From Candidatus Lindowbacteria bacterium RIFCSPLOWO2_12_FULL_62_27 (GTDB lineage: Bacteria > Lindowbacteria > 2-12-FULL-62-27): a stretch of 64,000 nt of DNA. Below, piece by piece: positions 33,540-42,794 of this stretch; within the stretch, counting starts at the first letter, position 1, and each line of letters starts with the position of its first letter. The notes under the pieces are model-generated. The model was not told where the DNA came from. It searched no databases and was given only the letters and a program-made list of their open reading frames with translations. Position numbers and translations under genes: made by a program. The DNA lies in the NCBI GenBank assembly GCA_001784175.1, contig MFPR01000020.1:124001-188000 (forward strand), read 5' to 3'.

Positions 33540-34160
33540 CTAGATTCGCTCTTTCTTCTGGCTGCTCGGCGGAAGTTCCCGCTTCTCGATCACGCGGTCG
33601 ATGAGCCCGTACGTGCAGGCGGATGGCCCGTCCATGAAAAAGTCCCGGTCGGTGTCTTTCCGGACCTTCTCGAGCGTCTGCGCGGTGTGCTTGACGAGGA
33701 TGTCGTTGATGATGTCCCTCATGCGGAGGATCTCCTTGGCGCGGATGTCGATGTCCGTCGCCTGGCCCTCCACCCCGCCCAGGGGCTGGTGGATCATGAT
33801 CCGCGCATTCGGCAGCGAAAACCGCTTGTCCTTCGTGCCGGCACACAACAAGAGCGCGCCCATCGACGCCGCCTGGCCCACGCAGATCGTCGAAACTGGG
33901 CACTTGATGTACTGCATCGTGTCGTAGACTGCCAGACCCGCGGTGACCGAACCGCCGGGACTGTTGAGATAGAGATGGATGTCCTTGTCGGGGTCCTCCG
34001 CCTCCAGAAACAGCATCTGTGCGATCACCACGTTGGCGACCAGGTCGTCGATCGGAACACCCAGGAATATGATCCGGTCCTTGAGCAACCGCGAGTAGAT
34101 GTCGTAGGACCGCTCCCCGCGGCTGGTCTGTTCAATCACGAATGGAATCATATAGGACAT
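33540..34160 (-). CDS. clpP: Clp protease proteolytic subunit
   Basis: [30 protein letters not shown]. Confidence 0.97.
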   Translation of the reverse strand: MSYMIPFVIEQTSRGERSYDIYSRLLKDRIIFLGVPIDDLVANVVIAQMLFLEAEDPDKDIHLYLNSPGGSVTAGLAVYDTMQYIKCPVSTICVGQAASMGALLLCAGTKDKRFSLPNARIMIHQPLGGVEGQATDIDIRAKEILRMRDIINDILVKHTAQTLEKVRKDTDRDFFMDGPSACTYGLIDRVIEKRELPPSSQKKERI

Positions 34161-34181
34161 TGTTGGCCCCTTCCCCTCTTT

Positions 34182-35486
34182 CTATCGAATATCGGCGTGT
34201 TCGAGGAGGAACTGAACCACCTTCTCGTCCAGAATGGAATACCGAAGGTCCTCCAGCCGGTCCTCCTTCGCCAGCGCATTGCGCACGGCGTCGGGCGTGG
34301 CCTGACTCTGGTCGGCGATCCGCGCGATCCGGGTCTCGACGTCCTCGTCGGTTACATGGATGTGCTTGAATTTCGCGACCGCGTCAAGAATCAAACTGTT
34401 TTTCACCTGACGGCGCGCCCGCGCGCGCAGGTCCGCGTCCAGGTCCGCCTCTGTCTTGCCTTCCTTCGCCAATTGGTCGACCATCTCCTGCCGGCCGCCG
34501 CGGTACTGGCGCTCGAGGTTCTTCTGAAGGTTCTCCGCCTGCCGGTCCACAAACGATTTCGGCGGATCAAACGTGATCTGCTCGTCCAGCGCGCGGAACA
34601 GCGCCTGCCGCAACTCCTGTTCCGCCACCTCCCGCGCGCCCCGCTCCATGTCGGCGCGGATCTTCGCGCGCATGTCGGCCAGATTCTCGTAGCCGGCGTC
34701 CTTCGCAAACTGGTCCGTCAAGTCCGCCATCAGGCGCTTCTTGATCGATCGCAGCGTGACATGAAAATAGGCGGCCCGGTCGCGCAAATCCTCGTCGTAA
34801 AAATCCTTGGGAAAAACGATCTCTATCCGTTTCTGGTCGCCCGCCTTCATTCCCACCACATGCTCGTCAAACCCGGGCAGAAACCGGCCGCTTCCCATCT
34901 CCATCAGCGCCCCCTCGCCCTTGCCGCCCTCCAGGGCCTTGTCGGTGTCCTTCATGAAGCCCTCATAATCGACGACGGCAAAATCTCCGTTCCGCGCCGG
35001 ACGGTCCTCCAGTTCCGGTTGGAACGTCGCTTGGGCGCGGCGTTCGTTTTCGAGCGCTGCGTCCACGTCCGCATCGGTCACCGACATCCCTTCCGGCTTC
35101 GACAGACGAATCCTCAGGATCTGTTCGTCGGTCAGCTTCACCTCCGGTTTCACTTCCACGGTGACGCGGAACCGGATCCGGCCGTCGTCCATCTTGATGT
35201 CCGAAATCTTCGGCGTGTCGATCGGAGAGAGCTTCTGCCGCTCGAATGCCTCCTGCACCGCCTCCTTCAACAGACCGTCCAGTCCCTCCGCCGTCGCCTG
35301 CGACCCGAATCGCTTCTCGAGAATGGACTTCGGCACGTGTCCCTTCCGGAATCCCGGCAACTCTATCCGGTCCCGCAGGTCCGCGAGGATCGTGTCCTTC
35401 CGGCTCTCCAGTTCGCTGCCCGGCACCGAGATGGATAAATCAATCTGATTGCCTTCCGTTTTCTCAACCTCTACGGCCAGTTCCAT
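34182..35486 (-). CDS. tig: Trigger factor
   Basis: PGFRKGHVP ribosome-binding motif, FKBP-like FLPGFDEH; start ATG 35486. Confidence 0.95.
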   Translation of the reverse strand: MELAVEVEKTEGNQIDLSISVPGSELESRKDTILADLRDRIELPGFRKGHVPKSILEKRFGSQATAEGLDGLLKEAVQEAFERQKLSPIDTPKISDIKMDDGRIRFRVTVEVKPEVKLTDEQILRIRLSKPEGMSVTDADVDAALENERRAQATFQPELEDRPARNGDFAVVDYEGFMKDTDKALEGGKGEGALMEMGSGRFLPGFDEHVVGMKAGDQKRIEIVFPKDFYDEDLRDRAAYFHVTLRSIKKRLMADLTDQFAKDAGYENLADMRAKIRADMERGAREVAEQELRQALFRALDEQITFDPPKSFVDRQAENLQKNLERQYRGGRQEMVDQLAKEGKTEADLDADLRARARRQVKNSLILDAVAKFKHIHVTDEDVETRIARIADQSQATPDAVRNALAKEDRLEDLRYSILDEKVVQFLLEHADIR

Positions 35487-35495
35487 AAGTTGGAA

Positions 35496-35525
35496 ACTAT
35501 ACGTCGGTCCGGCAGGCACCGTCAA
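35496..35525 (-). promoter_or_regulatory. Sigma70-type promoter of tig-clpP-clpX
   Basis: TTGACG-N18-TATAGT, 9 nt upstream of the ATG. Confidence 0.65.
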
Positions 35526-35579
35526 GGACTCCCTGTGTCTTGGCGCACACAAGGACCGCCCGGCTAATCCTCCAACCTC

Positions 35580-35609
35580 TGAGTCCCGATTGGGACTCAT
35601 TCTTTTTTT
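35580..35609 (+). terminator. Intrinsic terminator-like hairpin
   Basis: TGAGTCCC-GATT-GGGACTCA followed by TTCTTTTTTT. Confidence 0.65.
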
Positions 35610-35642
35610 CTGCTGTGGGTGCTTCAGGGACGCGACGTTTGT

Positions 35643-35738
35643 TTAAGATCCTTCGACAAAAAAGATCGAAACAAACATCAAAATCGCCAGAAACGCTAGA
35701 TACGCTACAAAAAATTTCTCTTCTTTCAGAAGAGTCAT
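35643..35738 (-). CDS. Small 31-aa single-TM protein (not in ORF track)
   Basis: GGAGGT RBS 7 nt before ATG; MTLLKEEKFFVAYLAFLAILMFVSIFFVEGS*. Confidence 0.6.
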   Translation of the reverse strand: MTLLKEEKFFVAYLAFLAILMFVSIFFVEGS

Positions 35739-35936
35739 TCGAACCACCTCCAATGTCAATCTATGCCGAAGGCATCCTCGTTTGTATCAGCAAAATCCGC
35801 CCCAATACCGTTTCTATATCGGCATATTTTATAATTTTATGAGCAATATATTTTTAGTGGACCTGTGGAAAACTTGGCGGCTGGCAGACTTTGGAGCTTT
35901 TCTTCCCACTTTTGAATACACACCGTCTGCTTTTGT

Positions 35937-36353
35937 TTAGTAATGATACAATAGTGTATAAACTACAATTCCTGTAATAGATACATATAACCACACAGGG
36001 AATGTCCATCTCGCCAGCCGGCGGTGCTCATCAATCCGCTCTTTTTCAGCAAGATACAGTAAGCGAAGAACCAACGGCACTGTGACTACGGCCAGCGCCA
36101 TGTGGCTATATAATATTGATATATATATAAGCTTTGCTGCTCCCGTACCCTGAAAATGGGTTGTCCCGGTCAGCGCATGCCGCGTCAGATAGCCGGTCAG
36201 AAAAAGCGTCGAAGCGACGACCGCGCCAAGCATACAGATCCGATGAGCTTGAATTTGTTTGCGCCGAACATAGACCAAGCCCGCGATCAGAAGAGTGGCG
36301 CTTGTGGCGTTCATCGACGCATTGAAATGAGGGAGGATCTGGGAGAAAGACAC
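35937..36353 (-). CDS. DUF420 membrane protein
   Basis: LPHFNASMN, HRICM, HRRLARWTFPVWLYVSITG. Confidence 0.88.
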   Translation of the reverse strand: MSFSQILPHFNASMNATSATLLIAGLVYVRRKQIQAHRICMLGAVVASTLFLTGYLTRHALTGTTHFQGTGAAKLIYISILYSHMALAVVTVPLVLRLLYLAEKERIDEHRRLARWTFPVWLYVSITGIVVYTLLYHY

Positions 36354-36359
36354 GGTGAA

Positions 36360-37259
36360 TCAGAAACCAGACACGAGAGCGCCAAAAAGGACGACGAGAT
36401 AAACTATGGAATAAAGGAAAAACCGGCGGCACCACTGTTCTTCCCCCCCGATTTGATGACCCTGAAGGGCCAGACCCAGGAAAATGGCTCCTGTACTCAA
36501 GGCAATACACAAATAAACCGGGCCCGCGCCCAGCACGCCATAAGGCAGGAGACTCACGGGCACCAAAGCGGCCGTATAGAGCAGAATCAAATCCAGAGTC
36601 TTCCCGCTTCCCTCCACCACCGGATACATCGGCAGGCCTGCTTCCTCGTACTCGCAACGTCTCGCCAGTGCGAGGGCCAGAAAATGCGGGATCTGCCATA
36701 GAAACTGGATGGAAAACAAAACAAACGCCAGCCCATCCACCTCCGCCCGGATGGCCGCCCAGCCGATGACCGGAGGAAGCGCTCCCGGAACGGCGCCGAT
36801 CAGCGTGCAGAGCGGGGAACGGGATTTTAGCGGCGTGTAAATGCCGACGTAGGCGCCGAAGGCCAGCATCGTCAGATAGGCCGTGAGAGGATTGACGAGA
36901 AAGTAAAGCAGGAAATAGGAACATATCCAAAAGAGAGTTCCCAGCGCCAGCGCTTCCACCGGTTTCATCCGCCCGCTCGCCAGCGGCCGGTGGGCCGTGC
37001 GGGCCATCCGCGCGTCCCGGTCCCGCTCGATGAAACAGTTCAGCGCGCCGCCCGCGCCGACCGCCAGCGCCACGCCGATCAGCGTGGGCCAGGCCATCCC
37101 GAGGGCCGGCCACGATCCGCCGGCGGCGACGGCCATGGTGCCGTAGACCGTCAGGAGGACGAGAAGCAGGATCCGGGGCTTGATGAGATCCAGATAATCC
37201 AGCGCCTTCTGCCGAAACGGCGTGGAACGATCCTGCGCCAGCTCCGCCGGAATGCTCAT
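36360..37259 (-). CDS. ctaB: Protoheme IX farnesyltransferase (heme O synthase)
   Basis: LIKPRI, DRDARMARTAHRPL, GAVPGALPPVIGW, WQIPHF. Confidence 0.94.
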   Translation of the reverse strand: MSIPAELAQDRSTPFRQKALDYLDLIKPRILLLVLLTVYGTMAVAAGGSWPALGMAWPTLIGVALAVGAGGALNCFIERDRDARMARTAHRPLASGRMKPVEALALGTLFWICSYFLLYFLVNPLTAYLTMLAFGAYVGIYTPLKSRSPLCTLIGAVPGALPPVIGWAAIRAEVDGLAFVLFSIQFLWQIPHFLALALARRCEYEEAGLPMYPVVEGSGKTLDLILLYTAALVPVSLLPYGVLGAGPVYLCIALSTGAIFLGLALQGHQIGGEEQWCRRFFLYSIVYLVVLFGALVSGF

Positions 37260-38098
37260 GAAGTTTTCGCCGCCGGAACCGCAAGGCACAGGATCAGCGC
37301 CATCGCGAGTCCCAGATGGACCATGACCGACCCTAGGGACAGTTTCGTCAGAACGGCGGCCATGCCCGCCAGAACCTGTGTCACACATAGTGCCAGTGCC
37401 ACAGCCGACCACTGCCGTAGTGCCTCGACGCGCCGGCAGGCGAGAAAAACCCATGACACCGCCGCCACCGCCGCCACTGCGCCGTAGCGGTGAAGCATGT
37501 GTAACCCGCCGGGCGTTTGTATCGGAGGCAGCCAGGTCCCATGACAGTACGGAAGATCCGGACAGGCGCCGCCGGACTCTGTGTGGCGCACGAACGCGCC
37601 AAGAATCGTCTGGCAGTATACAAGCACGATCCCGGTCCAGATCGCAGCCCGGCAGGCGCTCGCCTCCGGGCTTGGCGATGAATCCTGACCACGGGCGGTT
37701 TTGACGGAGAGAACCACAAGCAACGCAAAAAAAGCCGTCCCGACCGCAAGATGCGCCGTGGAGACCAAGTCCGGCAAACGATAAATCACCGTGAGGCCGC
37801 CCAAAATGATCTGCACGACAATCGCCAGAACCGCCGCCACGACCAAGGGCCGCAGCGTCGCGCGCTCTTTGAACCACACCAGGGCGGACGTGATCAGTGT
37901 GAGAATCCCCACCGTGCCGGCGATCAGGCGGTGGCTGTGCTCAAACCGGATGTTGCCGACCATCGGCGGAAGCCACATGCCGTAACAGAGCGGCCAGTCC
38001 GGGCAGGCCAGCCCTGCGCCGGTGCTGTGAACGAGGCCGCCCGCCAAAAGGAGGATGTAGGTGGCGGCGGCGGTGACTACGGCGGTGCGATGGGCCAT
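37256..38098 (-). CDS. ctaA: Heme A synthase (COX15/CtaA)
   Basis: GLACPDWPLC, EHSHR, second CPDLPYC and HMLHR. Confidence 0.9.
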   Translation of the reverse strand: MAHRTAVVTAAATYILLLAGGLVHSTGAGLACPDWPLCYGMWLPPMVGNIRFEHSHRLIAGTVGILTLITSALVWFKERATLRPLVVAAVLAIVVQIILGGLTVIYRLPDLVSTAHLAVGTAFFALLVVLSVKTARGQDSSPSPEASACRAAIWTGIVLVYCQTILGAFVRHTESGGACPDLPYCHGTWLPPIQTPGGLHMLHRYGAVAAVAAVSWVFLACRRVEALRQWSAVALALCVTQVLAGMAAVLTKLSLGSVMVHLGLAMALILCLAVPAAKTS

Positions 38099-38264
38099 CA
38101 AAGCGCCAGAAACAACCCCGCGCCAAGGGCGGGCGGGACCGCGATCCATATCCAGTCAAAATTCGAAGTCGCCCCTTGGCGGGCGCGCCGGTATGCTACG
38201 TAACAGAAAACCGCCGCGGACAGCAGAAGCGCCAGCGCGAAGGCGCCGCGATACAATAACGCCA

Positions 38265-39038
38265 TTACGCCCCGGGGGCGCTGAAGGTGAAGTTGGCCTC
38301 CACGGTTTTGCCGGTCTCGACCGTCACGGCCGATTCCTGGGCGCCAAACTTCTCATGCCAGGCTTCCAGCGTGTACTGGCCCGGCGGGATCATCTCCAGC
38401 TTGAATGCGCCGTCCGCGCCGGTGACGGCCGCTGGCGACTCCAGGACCGCCACGTAGGCCCGCATCCACGGGTGGACATCGCACTTGAACGAAATGATTT
38501 CCGGTTTGCTGAATTTCGCGTCGATCTCGCTCGGCGTCGGCTGCGCGCGGTTGAACGCCTGATTGAGTTTCGGCTCCGCGTGCACGTTGTGCAGCGTGTT
38601 GTCGCTGCTCTTGATCTTCAGCACACCGGGCTTCATGACCAGAATGTGCGGCGTATACATGCAGCCGTTCTGGTCCAGCATCGGCGACTCGGCCGGGGCC
38701 GGGTAGCTGTATTCCTCCAAACCTTTCTTCACGTACACCACAACGTTCATCAGCGTGCCGTCGCTGTTGACCATCACCGACTGGTCCCGGACCGTCTCAG
38801 CGTGCTTCCCGGCGCAGAACGCGTCCGCGCCCATGTCCAGCTTGCCCATCTTCGGCGTCGCGCCGGTGAACATCACCTTGCCGGACACCGACCCGGCGGT
38901 CGCGGCGTCCACGCTCTTCTTGGCCGCCGGCCCCGCCGTCTGCAGGGTGACGTCCTCTTCTGCCTTGCCTCCGCAGGCCGCGAAACCGACGGCCAGCGCC
39001 AGGATTGGTACAGTTCTCTTCCAGAATGTTGTGCTCAT
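38265..39038 (-). CDS. Lipoprotein with carboxypeptidase-regulatory-like/cupredoxin-like domains
   Basis: Lipobox FAAC, LDQNGCMYTPH, HNVH, CDVHPWM, PPGQYTLEAWHE; AGGAGG RBS. Confidence 0.8.
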   Translation of the reverse strand: MSTTFWKRTVPILALAVGFAACGGKAEEDVTLQTAGPAAKKSVDAATAGSVSGKVMFTGATPKMGKLDMGADAFCAGKHAETVRDQSVMVNSDGTLMNVVVYVKKGLEEYSYPAPAESPMLDQNGCMYTPHILVMKPGVLKIKSSDNTLHNVHAEPKLNQAFNRAQPTPSEIDAKFSKPEIISFKCDVHPWMRAYVAVLESPAAVTGADGAFKLEMIPPGQYTLEAWHEKFGAQESAVTVETGKTVEANFTFSAPGA

Positions 39039-39185
39039 GATGAACCCTCCTTTTTTCCGGATTGCGCCCTCTTGGCCCGACGGGCCGTACGGGGAATCGC
39101 CGATACTTAATCTTCACCCGCTGGTCCTGTCAATCCCCGAGCCGAGCCCCTTGCAACCGCCGCCGGACGGACGTAGGGTTGGGGC

Positions 39186-39800
39186 GTGCGGCGGAAAAAC
39201 GCGACGATGTTTCTGGAGGACGTTCTGGTGCTGGAAAACGGCCGGCCGGGCGCGGCCGGCGCCGAAAATATCGTGCTCGTGAGTCTCATCTGGCCCCGGC
39301 CCATGATCGACCTTCGCACGGCGGCCAAATCGGTGCGGCTGGAGGACGGGCACGTGGCCGTTTTTTCGGACAAGCCCTTTCATGAAAAAATACTGTTCAA
39401 GGAAATCGTCGGGGGGCCGTTCGGTGTGACGGTCGAGGTCACGGAACGCAAGAGCCCCGGGGTGATCGCGCAGTTTCTCGCCGCCATCGCTTCCGATCTC
39501 GTCAACGCCGCTTTCCCCCTTCCCCCCTCCAGCGAAACATTCCGGCGGATCGTTCATGCCGGCGTGAGCGGCGTCGGGCAGAAGATTCGCACGGCGCCCA
39601 GGGAATCGTTCCTCCGGATTGCGTTCGGTCATGCCCTCATCGATCCGGCGACGGCCACGTCCGGGAGACTCGAAATTCCTCTGTCCGCGCCCGAAACTCT
39701 CTCGGCGCCGTCCACCGGCCGCTCCCGAAAAACACCATACCTCGTCCGAGGACAACCCAACGGCACGGCGGCGATCCGTTACAGAATCGAGGAGGATTAA
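39186..39800 (+). CDS. Hypothetical protein
   Basis: Only plausible ORF in the gap; TTGCAA-N17-TAGGGT 6 nt upstream of the GTG (alternative ATG 39207). Confidence 0.6.
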   Translation: MRRKNATMFLEDVLVLENGRPGAAGAENIVLVSLIWPRPMIDLRTAAKSVRLEDGHVAVFSDKPFHEKILFKEIVGGPFGVTVEVTERKSPGVIAQFLAAIASDLVNAAFPLPPSSETFRRIVHAGVSGVGQKIRTAPRESFLRIAFGHALIDPATATSGRLEIPLSAPETLSAPSTGRSRKTPYLVRGQPNGTAAIRYRIEED

Positions 39801-41443
39801 GGCACTCTGACAAGGCCCCCAAGCCGGTCCCGCAGCTCTGTCAGAATCGTACGCTCGAGCCCGCCCTGTTCGCCGCCGTAGCGGCTCACCGCAACCACCG
39901 GCTGCACGACCGACTCGATGACGTCCCGGATGTCCGATGCCGCCAGCGCCTCATCCAGCTGGTCCGCGCTGGAAAAATTGCCTGGCGCCAGGAATTTTTC
40001 GAGGTTCCGCCGGAAGTCCGACAGCGCTTCGCGAATCCACGGGTTCGTCACGCGGCCGTTCACAGGCAGTTTCGAATGGAACATGCGCTCGTCAAATCCC
40101 GTGGGGAATCGTTCAGCCGGCATCCTTGTCGCGCCGTCCGTCGGCAGAAATTCGGCCAATAAGCCGGTCGAATGGAGGAGGACAGTGGGCTGCGCCGTCC
40201 GGCCGATTTCGTCCTTGAACCAGCGGTAGTAATTGTACAGGTTGTCCTGGGTGGCCCGGCCTGATACGACGCGCTCGGTCCGCTCCTGCTTCATGCGGTA
40301 CATTTTGTGTTCCACCGGCTCGAACCGGTATTGCGCCTCCGCCGCCCGCCGCTCGTAGGCGACGCCCCGGCAGTAGATGCGGTGGGCCGAGAAGGAAAGA
40401 TCGATTCCGGTGAAGTAGATCGGCGAACAGCCGGCCTGACGCGCCAGATCGAACGCGCTCGTCGCCACGCTCCCGCCCTGCTTCAGGCTTCCCGCTTGAA
40501 ACTGCCCGCGCCTCTCCAGCCACGACAAGAGTCCCTGATCGCAGCTCGCCACCAGGAGATTCCGCCACCGGCGCTCGAAGACCGACGGGTGCACGTCCAG
40601 CGAGACCGCCAGGTTCTGCGCGCCGGCATCGATCCGTTCGACCAGGCGCGAGTTTTCATACTGGCTGTCGAGGAGAAACGCGAGATGGGGAACCACGCCG
40701 TGCGTTTGCATGGGCTCCAGCGCCGTGTCGACCGCCAGTTTCAGGACCTCGGCTCGTTGGACAATCTCCCAGGAGTTGTCCAGGCTCGGCCCGGCGCCGA
40801 TGACGAGCGCCGCGGGCGGCGCCGCCCGCAGGGCGGGCGCGATCTGGTTGAGAAAGGGCAGGTCCGGCAGGCGCGGCGCGTTTCGGAGGGCGTTTTCGAT
40901 CCACTCGAATCCGAATCCCCAGCCGGTCGTCAGCGACATCGCGATCTGGTCGACGGTCGCGTGAATCTGGGCCAGAATCGTCTGATAGCTCGCCGGGTCC
41001 AGCTCAACGGACGGCGGATGGCCGGCGATCAGAATGTCGTTGATCCGCGTCGGCGTCAGCACCTCCGCCACCGCGTCCACCACGTCTTGCGGCCGGGGGT
41101 TGGGCCACAGCCGCACGTTGTCGATGCTCTGTTTCACCTTGGCGGCATAGGTGGTCACCAGCTCGGTGACGGGCTCGAACACCACAATCGGCGCGCCGGC
41201 CGGCAGCGCCTCCCGGAGCGCCCGGATGTGATAGGCGAATCCCATGCCCAGGATGACCGCCACCTGGGCGTTCGGCTTGAGGGCCAGTTTCTCCTGAACC
41301 CACCGGCGGGCCTCGGCTTCGGGATCGTACCGGCTGTGCAATGTCTTCCCGTTCACCACCGGCACCGGCCGCCCGCTTCGGGATTCAACCACGTCGATCG
41401 TATAGAGGCTCTTCGATGGCCGGAGCGGGGCGCGTATGTCCAT
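39797..41443 (-). CDS. DUF115 / motility-associated factor (Maf)-like protein
   Basis: LHSRYDPEAEA, IGAGPSL, GGSVATSA, IYFTGIDLSF. Confidence 0.82.
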   Translation of the reverse strand: MDIRAPLRPSKSLYTIDVVESRSGRPVPVVNGKTLHSRYDPEAEARRWVQEKLALKPNAQVAVILGMGFAYHIRALREALPAGAPIVVFEPVTELVTTYAAKVKQSIDNVRLWPNPRPQDVVDAVAEVLTPTRINDILIAGHPPSVELDPASYQTILAQIHATVDQIAMSLTTGWGFGFEWIENALRNAPRLPDLPFLNQIAPALRAAPPAALVIGAGPSLDNSWEIVQRAEVLKLAVDTALEPMQTHGVVPHLAFLLDSQYENSRLVERIDAGAQNLAVSLDVHPSVFERRWRNLLVASCDQGLLSWLERRGQFQAGSLKQGGSVATSAFDLARQAGCSPIYFTGIDLSFSAHRIYCRGVAYERRAAEAQYRFEPVEHKMYRMKQERTERVVSGRATQDNLYNYYRWFKDEIGRTAQPTVLLHSTGLLAEFLPTDGATRMPAERFPTGFDERMFHSKLPVNGRVTNPWIREALSDFRRNLEKFLAPGNFSSADQLDEALAASDIRDVIESVVQPVVAVSRYGGEQGGLERTILTELRDRLGGLVRVP

Positions 41444-41472
41444 ACATCTTACTTATCGACCCGTGCGGGAAT

Positions 41473-41501
41473 TTGACTTGACCCCCCTCGAACCATATAC
41501 T
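41473..41501 (+). promoter_or_regulatory. Sigma70-type promoter of the sigH-like gene, probably leaderless
   Basis: TTGACT-N17-TATACT, ATG 41509 7 nt downstream. Confidence 0.65.
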
Positions 41502-41508
41502 TGGGCTA

Positions 41509-42081
41509 ATGGTTTATTCGACACCTTTGTCCGTGGAGGATATGAACCGGCAGGTGAGGCCGGCTCTGGAAGGGGAGAGCGAGGCACAGCGGAAGCTGCT
41601 CCGGTACTTTGCCGTGTACATCCGGTCGTGCGCCAGGAAATTTTTCCTCGCCGAGGAGGATCGGCAGGACCTTCAGCAGGAGGGCCAGATCGCCCTGTTT
41701 CGCGCCATCGAACGGTACCGCGAGGCGCGCGGCCCCTTTGGTCCGTACGCCCGCCTGGTGATCCGGCGGCACATCAACCGCGCGGCGGAAAAAATGATTC
41801 ATCGCAACGCCGTCGAGCGCGCGAGGGACCTATCCGAAGACATCGGTGAGATGACGAACTTTCGGCAAATCGGCGACCCCGAAACCGAGGTGATGGAACG
41901 GGAGCGGTTCCGGGAACTGGAGACGCAAATGCGGAACAAATTGACGGACCTCGAATCCGGGGTCCTCGCCATGTTCCTGCAGGGCCACACGTACAGGGAA
42001 ATCGGCCGGCGGCTCAAAAAGCCCACCAAGTCGATCGACAACGCGCTCCGCCGCATTCGCGTCAAAATCAAAACTGCGTAA
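41509..42081 (+). CDS. RNA polymerase sigma factor, SigH (Spo0H)-like
   Basis: DLQQEGQIALFRAI; C-terminal TYREIG..KSIDNALRRIRVKI typical of SigH. Confidence 0.85.
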   Translation: MVYSTPLSVEDMNRQVRPALEGESEAQRKLLRYFAVYIRSCARKFFLAEEDRQDLQQEGQIALFRAIERYREARGPFGPYARLVIRRHINRAAEKMIHRNAVERARDLSEDIGEMTNFRQIGDPETEVMERERFRELETQMRNKLTDLESGVLAMFLQGHTYREIGRRLKKPTKSIDNALRRIRVKIKTA

Positions 42082-42760
42082 GTTTTTTTTTGCTGCGGCT
42101 GTCCTGCTCTGTCTGGATATCCCTGTCTGCACACACGCTGAAACATTCCGGCACGGTCCCCGCGCCCGGCCTGCGGTCGCCCTCACGTTTGACGACGCGC
42201 CCTTCGAGCCCTACACGTCACATATCCTGGATATCCTGGACCGGCACAAGGTCCGGGCGACCTTTTTTGTGGTTGGGCTCCACGCCCGAACCTGGCCCCG
42301 GACCTTGAAAAGTATTCTTGCCGCGCACGAGATCGGCAACCACACGGAAATGCACCGCGTATTGAGCGGGCTGGCCAAACCGGCCATCGAAACGGAACTG
42401 CTCAGCCTTCAGGCGTATCTCCGATCCACCTATGGCGTCCGGCCGAGATTCTTCAGGCCGCCGGAGGGAAAAATCAACGGCGATGTGATCGACACGATCC
42501 GGTCGGCGGGGATGGATCTCATCTTGTGGGACGTCGACTCCATCGACTGGACCCGGCCGGGATTCCTCAAAATCGCGCGCACGGTTGCCGAGGAAACCAA
42601 ACCCGGCAGCATCATCCTCATGCACACCCTCAACCCCCAAACCGTCGAAACCCTCCCGGTCCTCATCGAATATCTCCAAGCCGCCGGATTCAGGCTGGTC
42701 CCGGTGTCCGAACTTCTCAATCGACCCGCCTATCTGGACACCTCACCTCCCCCCCCTTAA
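42074..42760 (+). CDS. Polysaccharide deacetylase (CE4/NodB), exported
   Basis: In-frame extension upstream of the ORF-track start gives (C)TG-RKFFFAAAVLLC..VALTFDDAP; also NHTEMH, FRPPEG, DSIDW, IILMH. Confidence 0.85.
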   Translation: MRKFFFAAAVLLCLDIPVCTHAETFRHGPRARPAVALTFDDAPFEPYTSHILDILDRHKVRATFFVVGLHARTWPRTLKSILAAHEIGNHTEMHRVLSGLAKPAIETELLSLQAYLRSTYGVRPRFFRPPEGKINGDVIDTIRSAGMDLILWDVDSIDWTRPGFLKIARTVAEETKPGSIILMHTLNPQTVETLPVLIEYLQAAGFRLVPVSELLNRPAYLDTSPPPP

Positions 42761-42782
42761 AAAGGGGGGGAAAGGGGGGGTT
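42745..42782. repeat. C/G-run palindromic REP-like element between convergent genes
   Basis: CCCCCCCCTT-AAA-AAGGGGGGG..GGGGGGGTT overlapping the deacetylase stop. Confidence 0.55.
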
Positions 42783-42794
42783 ACCTCCTGTTTT

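Noticed and set aside
21453-35438. Long alternative ORFs (e.g. 21453-23384, 33336-35438, also 44380-46407)
   Set aside because: Antisense shadows of well-supported genes, typical of high-GC DNA
35487-35640. tRNA upstream of tig, as found in many bacteria
   Set aside because: No cloverleaf or T-loop consensus recognised
35760-35936. Replication origin in the AT-rich gap
   Set aside because: Only one imperfect DnaA-box-like sequence (TGTGGAAAA near 35864) and no dnaA/dnaN context
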